Of a stretch of 64,000 nt of DNA, positions 61,347-64,000 are shown piece after piece; position 1 is the first letter of the stretch; every line of letters starts with the position of its first letter. Below the pieces are notes generated by a model. It ran no database searches. It was given only the letters and a program-made list of their open reading frames with translations, and was not told the origin of the DNA. Both the position numbers and the translations under genes were made by a program. Location of the stretch: assembly GCA_012838995.1 (NCBI GenBank), contig DUOD01000063.1, forward strand, positions 1,383-65,382. Reading direction: 5' to 3'. This stretch comes from Clostridiales bacterium (lineage in GTDB: Bacteria > Bacillota > Clostridia > DUOD01).

Positions 61347-62600
61347 CTAATGTGACCTCTTACTCGCCATCCTCCTTATAATCCTAAGCAACGGACTGAC
61401 GGGCTTTTTCATTTTCACCGTCCTTACCCCGCTTTTGGGTACTATAAAGGCACCTAGGCTGTTTATGCCGTCGGGATATTTTTTTATATCGTAGGTTTTA
61501 TACCTGCCCTTTACATCCACGACATCAATCCAAACATATGTGGGAAAATTTTGTAATATATCGTTCATACCGTCAATGCTATGTACCTTTCTGCCGTTAA
61601 TGGCTAAAATAATATCTCCCTGGCCGATACCCATCTCTTCGGCTGCCGAACCGGGCATGGTATCCAGCACCCTCAACCCTTCATCCACAGGATAAAACAG
61701 CGGCTTCCCCCTCTCTTCCGTTTTTATCCCATGGAGTATCAAAAGCTCGTGGCCCACAGGGGCCAATGCGGCAGCTACCCACTCAAACCCGGCAATCCTT
61801 GTGGCCAAATATGCGGCCACAATCAAGGCGGTGCTGTATAAACATAGAAATATTGCCGACTGCCGACAACGTTCTTTGGGCGGTCGAGTAACGGCTATAT
61901 CGCCGTATCCCAGAGCGGCTACAACCGACACCATAAGGAAAACGGTGTTGGAATCGTCTATTAGACTCTCCGGCCTTATAAGGGGCCACCAGTCGGGCAT
62001 TTGGATGACATCGCCGCCCGCCATGTTGCCGGTGCTCATCATGAGAATGATAATGGGTATGGGCCAAAACCTCCGCATGGTAAATGCACCCACATGGCCG
62101 TAGTCCTTGTTGTCCAGTATTATGGGCAGGCTGTTCAAGTACCCCGACATCAAAATCAGCAGACTTTCCATAAAATGTAGTATGCCTATTAAAGCAATGA
62201 GTCCGGGCACATCGATTTTAGGCACGCCAAAGGCCAAATAACATAGGGATAATAAACCGCCTGCATAGGAAAAACAAATATACCTGGGATTTATTAGCAT
62301 CAATAGAATAGCCACCGGCCATATATACAGGAAGCCGGTGGTTTCTATTGTTATGCCCAGGACAACCACCAGCACACTTCCGACAAATCCGGCAGCTATA
62401 CCATATACTAAATCAACCAGCATCTGCCTGGCAATGGTCACCCTGTGTCTGCCCAGTATTTTGTATTCCAAGCCCGCGGTCTTTTTGTTCTGAATATAGA
62501 CGATAAGCAGTACAATCAAGAACACAGGACTTAGGATAGAATGTACCAAGCCTTGGAATACATAGTTTATTAGGGAGACTATAGGGATCACGTCCATCAT
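61347..62600 (-). CDS. Membrane protein with C-terminal PDZ domain (MinJ/YvjD-like)
   Basis: Multi-TM; PRYICFSY, LHFMES and FWPIP motifs; PDZ (GSAAEEMGI..GDIILAING); downstream of the S41 protease gene. Confidence 0.8.
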   Translation of the reverse strand: MMDVIPIVSLINYVFQGLVHSILSPVFLIVLLIVYIQNKKTAGLEYKILGRHRVTIARQMLVDLVYGIAAGFVGSVLVVVLGITIETTGFLYIWPVAILLMLINPRYICFSYAGGLLSLCYLAFGVPKIDVPGLIALIGILHFMESLLILMSGYLNSLPIILDNKDYGHVGAFTMRRFWPIPIIILMMSTGNMAGGDVIQMPDWWPLIRPESLIDDSNTVFLMVSVVAALGYGDIAVTRPPKERCRQSAIFLCLYSTALIVAAYLATRIAGFEWVAAALAPVGHELLILHGIKTEERGKPLFYPVDEGLRVLDTMPGSAAEEMGIGQGDIILAINGRKVHSIDGMNDILQNFPTYVWIDVVDVKGRYKTYDIKKYPDGINSLGAFIVPKSGVRTVKMKKPVSPLLRIIRRMASKRSH

Positions 62601-62613
62601 CCTTTACACGGTT

Positions 62614-63837
62614 TTACGATATTACTCTTTCCAGCATCTCTATAGCCTTTTGTAATTGTGTATCCTCTTCATCTTTTATATCCAGCTTTTTCAATAATTC
62701 CTTCGGCAGTTCAACTTGTACATCGGGTGTTACACCCACGCCGTCTATACTTTTTCCGTTGGGTGTATAGTAACGTTCTGTTGTAAGCTTTAAGGTGGAG
62801 CCGTCCTTAAAATCTATTATGGCCTGCACCGAACCCTTGCCATAAGTTTGGGTACCAATGACGAATCCCGCGCTGTTATCCTGTATGGCCCCTGCAAGGA
62901 TTTCTGAAGCACTGGCGCTCATTTCATTAACCAGAACCGCAATGGGAAGGCCTATACTTTCTTCATCCGACCATTTCTCATCCCTATTGCCCTCTTTATC
63001 TTCGGTGTATACTATCAACGCCTCGGGAAGGAGTAAGTCTGCAATTTGTGTACAAATATGGAGGTATCCTCCCGGATTATTCCTTACATCCACCACTAAG
63101 GCCTTTAGTTCATTATTCTCCATTAAAGCTTCCAAACCCTTGGTAAATTCCTCGGCGGTGTTTTGATCAAAGGACGAAATGGAAATATACCCAATACCAT
63201 CCTTGAGCATCCTGTGTTCTATAGTGTCCTGGACGATGATATCCCTCACTAAAGTAAACTCCAGCAAATCCTCCTCGCCCTCACGGTATATGGTAACGGT
63301 AACCTGGGTGCCCTTTTCACCCCTTAGCATGTTAACCGCCAGGTCATAATTTTTATAACTTACCTCTTTGCCGTCTATTTTAACCAATTTATCCCCGGGC
63401 AGTATCCCGGCCTTCATACCGGGGCTGTCCTTAAAGGGTTTTACCACGGTAATCATCATATCCTCCGGGTCAATTGTTACCAATAACCCCACTCCGCCAT
63501 AGGTGCCCGATAAATTTATCTGAAGTTCGGCATTCTCCTCCGGAGTCAAATAAGCCGAATACCTATCACCTAGGGTGGCCACCATACCCTTTATCGCCCC
63601 GTCCATAAGGGCTTGATCATCACTTTCTCCGATATACCGTTTCTTGATAAGATCTTTTATTTCGTACATCTTCTGGACTTTCATTAACTTATTGTAATCT
63701 TCCCGGGATATAATAACCCGGTCGCCTTTTTTAACGTTTATATATTCACTTATTTTTATGGTAAGCACGCCTGTAACAATGCTGGAAATCAATATTAATA
63801 TTACTGCACCTAATGCCAGTTTTCTTCTGCTCATCAT
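62614..63837 (-). CDS. Carboxyl-terminal processing protease (S41, CtpA/CtpB family)
   Basis: PDZ domain; DVRNNPGG, SASASEI and TYGKGSVQ motifs. Confidence 0.95.
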   Translation of the reverse strand: MMSRRKLALGAVILILISSIVTGVLTIKISEYINVKKGDRVIISREDYNKLMKVQKMYEIKDLIKKRYIGESDDQALMDGAIKGMVATLGDRYSAYLTPEENAELQINLSGTYGGVGLLVTIDPEDMMITVVKPFKDSPGMKAGILPGDKLVKIDGKEVSYKNYDLAVNMLRGEKGTQVTVTIYREGEEDLLEFTLVRDIIVQDTIEHRMLKDGIGYISISSFDQNTAEEFTKGLEALMENNELKALVVDVRNNPGGYLHICTQIADLLLPEALIVYTEDKEGNRDEKWSDEESIGLPIAVLVNEMSASASEILAGAIQDNSAGFVIGTQTYGKGSVQAIIDFKDGSTLKLTTERYYTPNGKSIDGVGVTPDVQVELPKELLKKLDIKDEEDTQLQKAIEMLERVIS

Positions 63838-64000
63838 AAGATATATCGCCCCTCAATCATCAATATGGAAGTCTTATTAAATATATTAGAATCACATAGC
63901 CATTATAACACTTAAATTTTTCATTATCAAAATAATTACCTTTGGTAGCCACTGCAAAATTAAGGACTGCCCTTTGGGCAGCCCCCAAGTACATACTTTA

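Overview
Chromosomal window from an endospore-forming Clostridia-type Firmicute. Positions 1-35 kb are the conserved core block, nearly all on the minus strand. In + strand order it runs: lysS (partial), greA, an uncharacterised gene pair, dusB, coaX, panT-like, birA, an L,D-transpeptidase, ftsH, hpt, tilS, spoIIE, five tRNAs, ppx, yabR, divIC, yabQ, yabP, a spoIID-like gene, yabO, hup, mazG, yabM/spoVB, spoVT, prsA, mfd, pth, prs, glmU, spoVG, purR, then divergent murC. Positions 35-48.8 kb are a variable region rich in cell-envelope and sporulation genes: a YibE/F fragment, a LysM protein under a c-di-AMP riboswitch, a B12 radical SAM protein, small orphan ORFs, a BtrH/C39-like lipoprotein, NlpC/P60, Cof, an ECF sigma factor broken by an in-frame TAA plus its anti-sigma, and VanW. 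The rest holds uvrAB with a LexA box, an ABC exporter, LacI and a GH4 glycosidase, a D,D-carboxypeptidase, a PRK06851-like ATPase, a minJ-like gene and an S41 protease. I saw no transposase, integrase, prophage, CRISPR array or rRNA. The most notable observations are a degenerate non-coding 29-bp tandem array at 59.9-60.1 kb, the split ECF sigma factor, a 129-aa minimal PrsW-like protease, an unannotated 42-aa membrane peptide, two apparent pseudo-enzymes, and candidate RNA leaders for greA and panT. Nothing here proves a wholly new multi-gene system. All family calls come from motif recognition and remembered synteny, not database searches.
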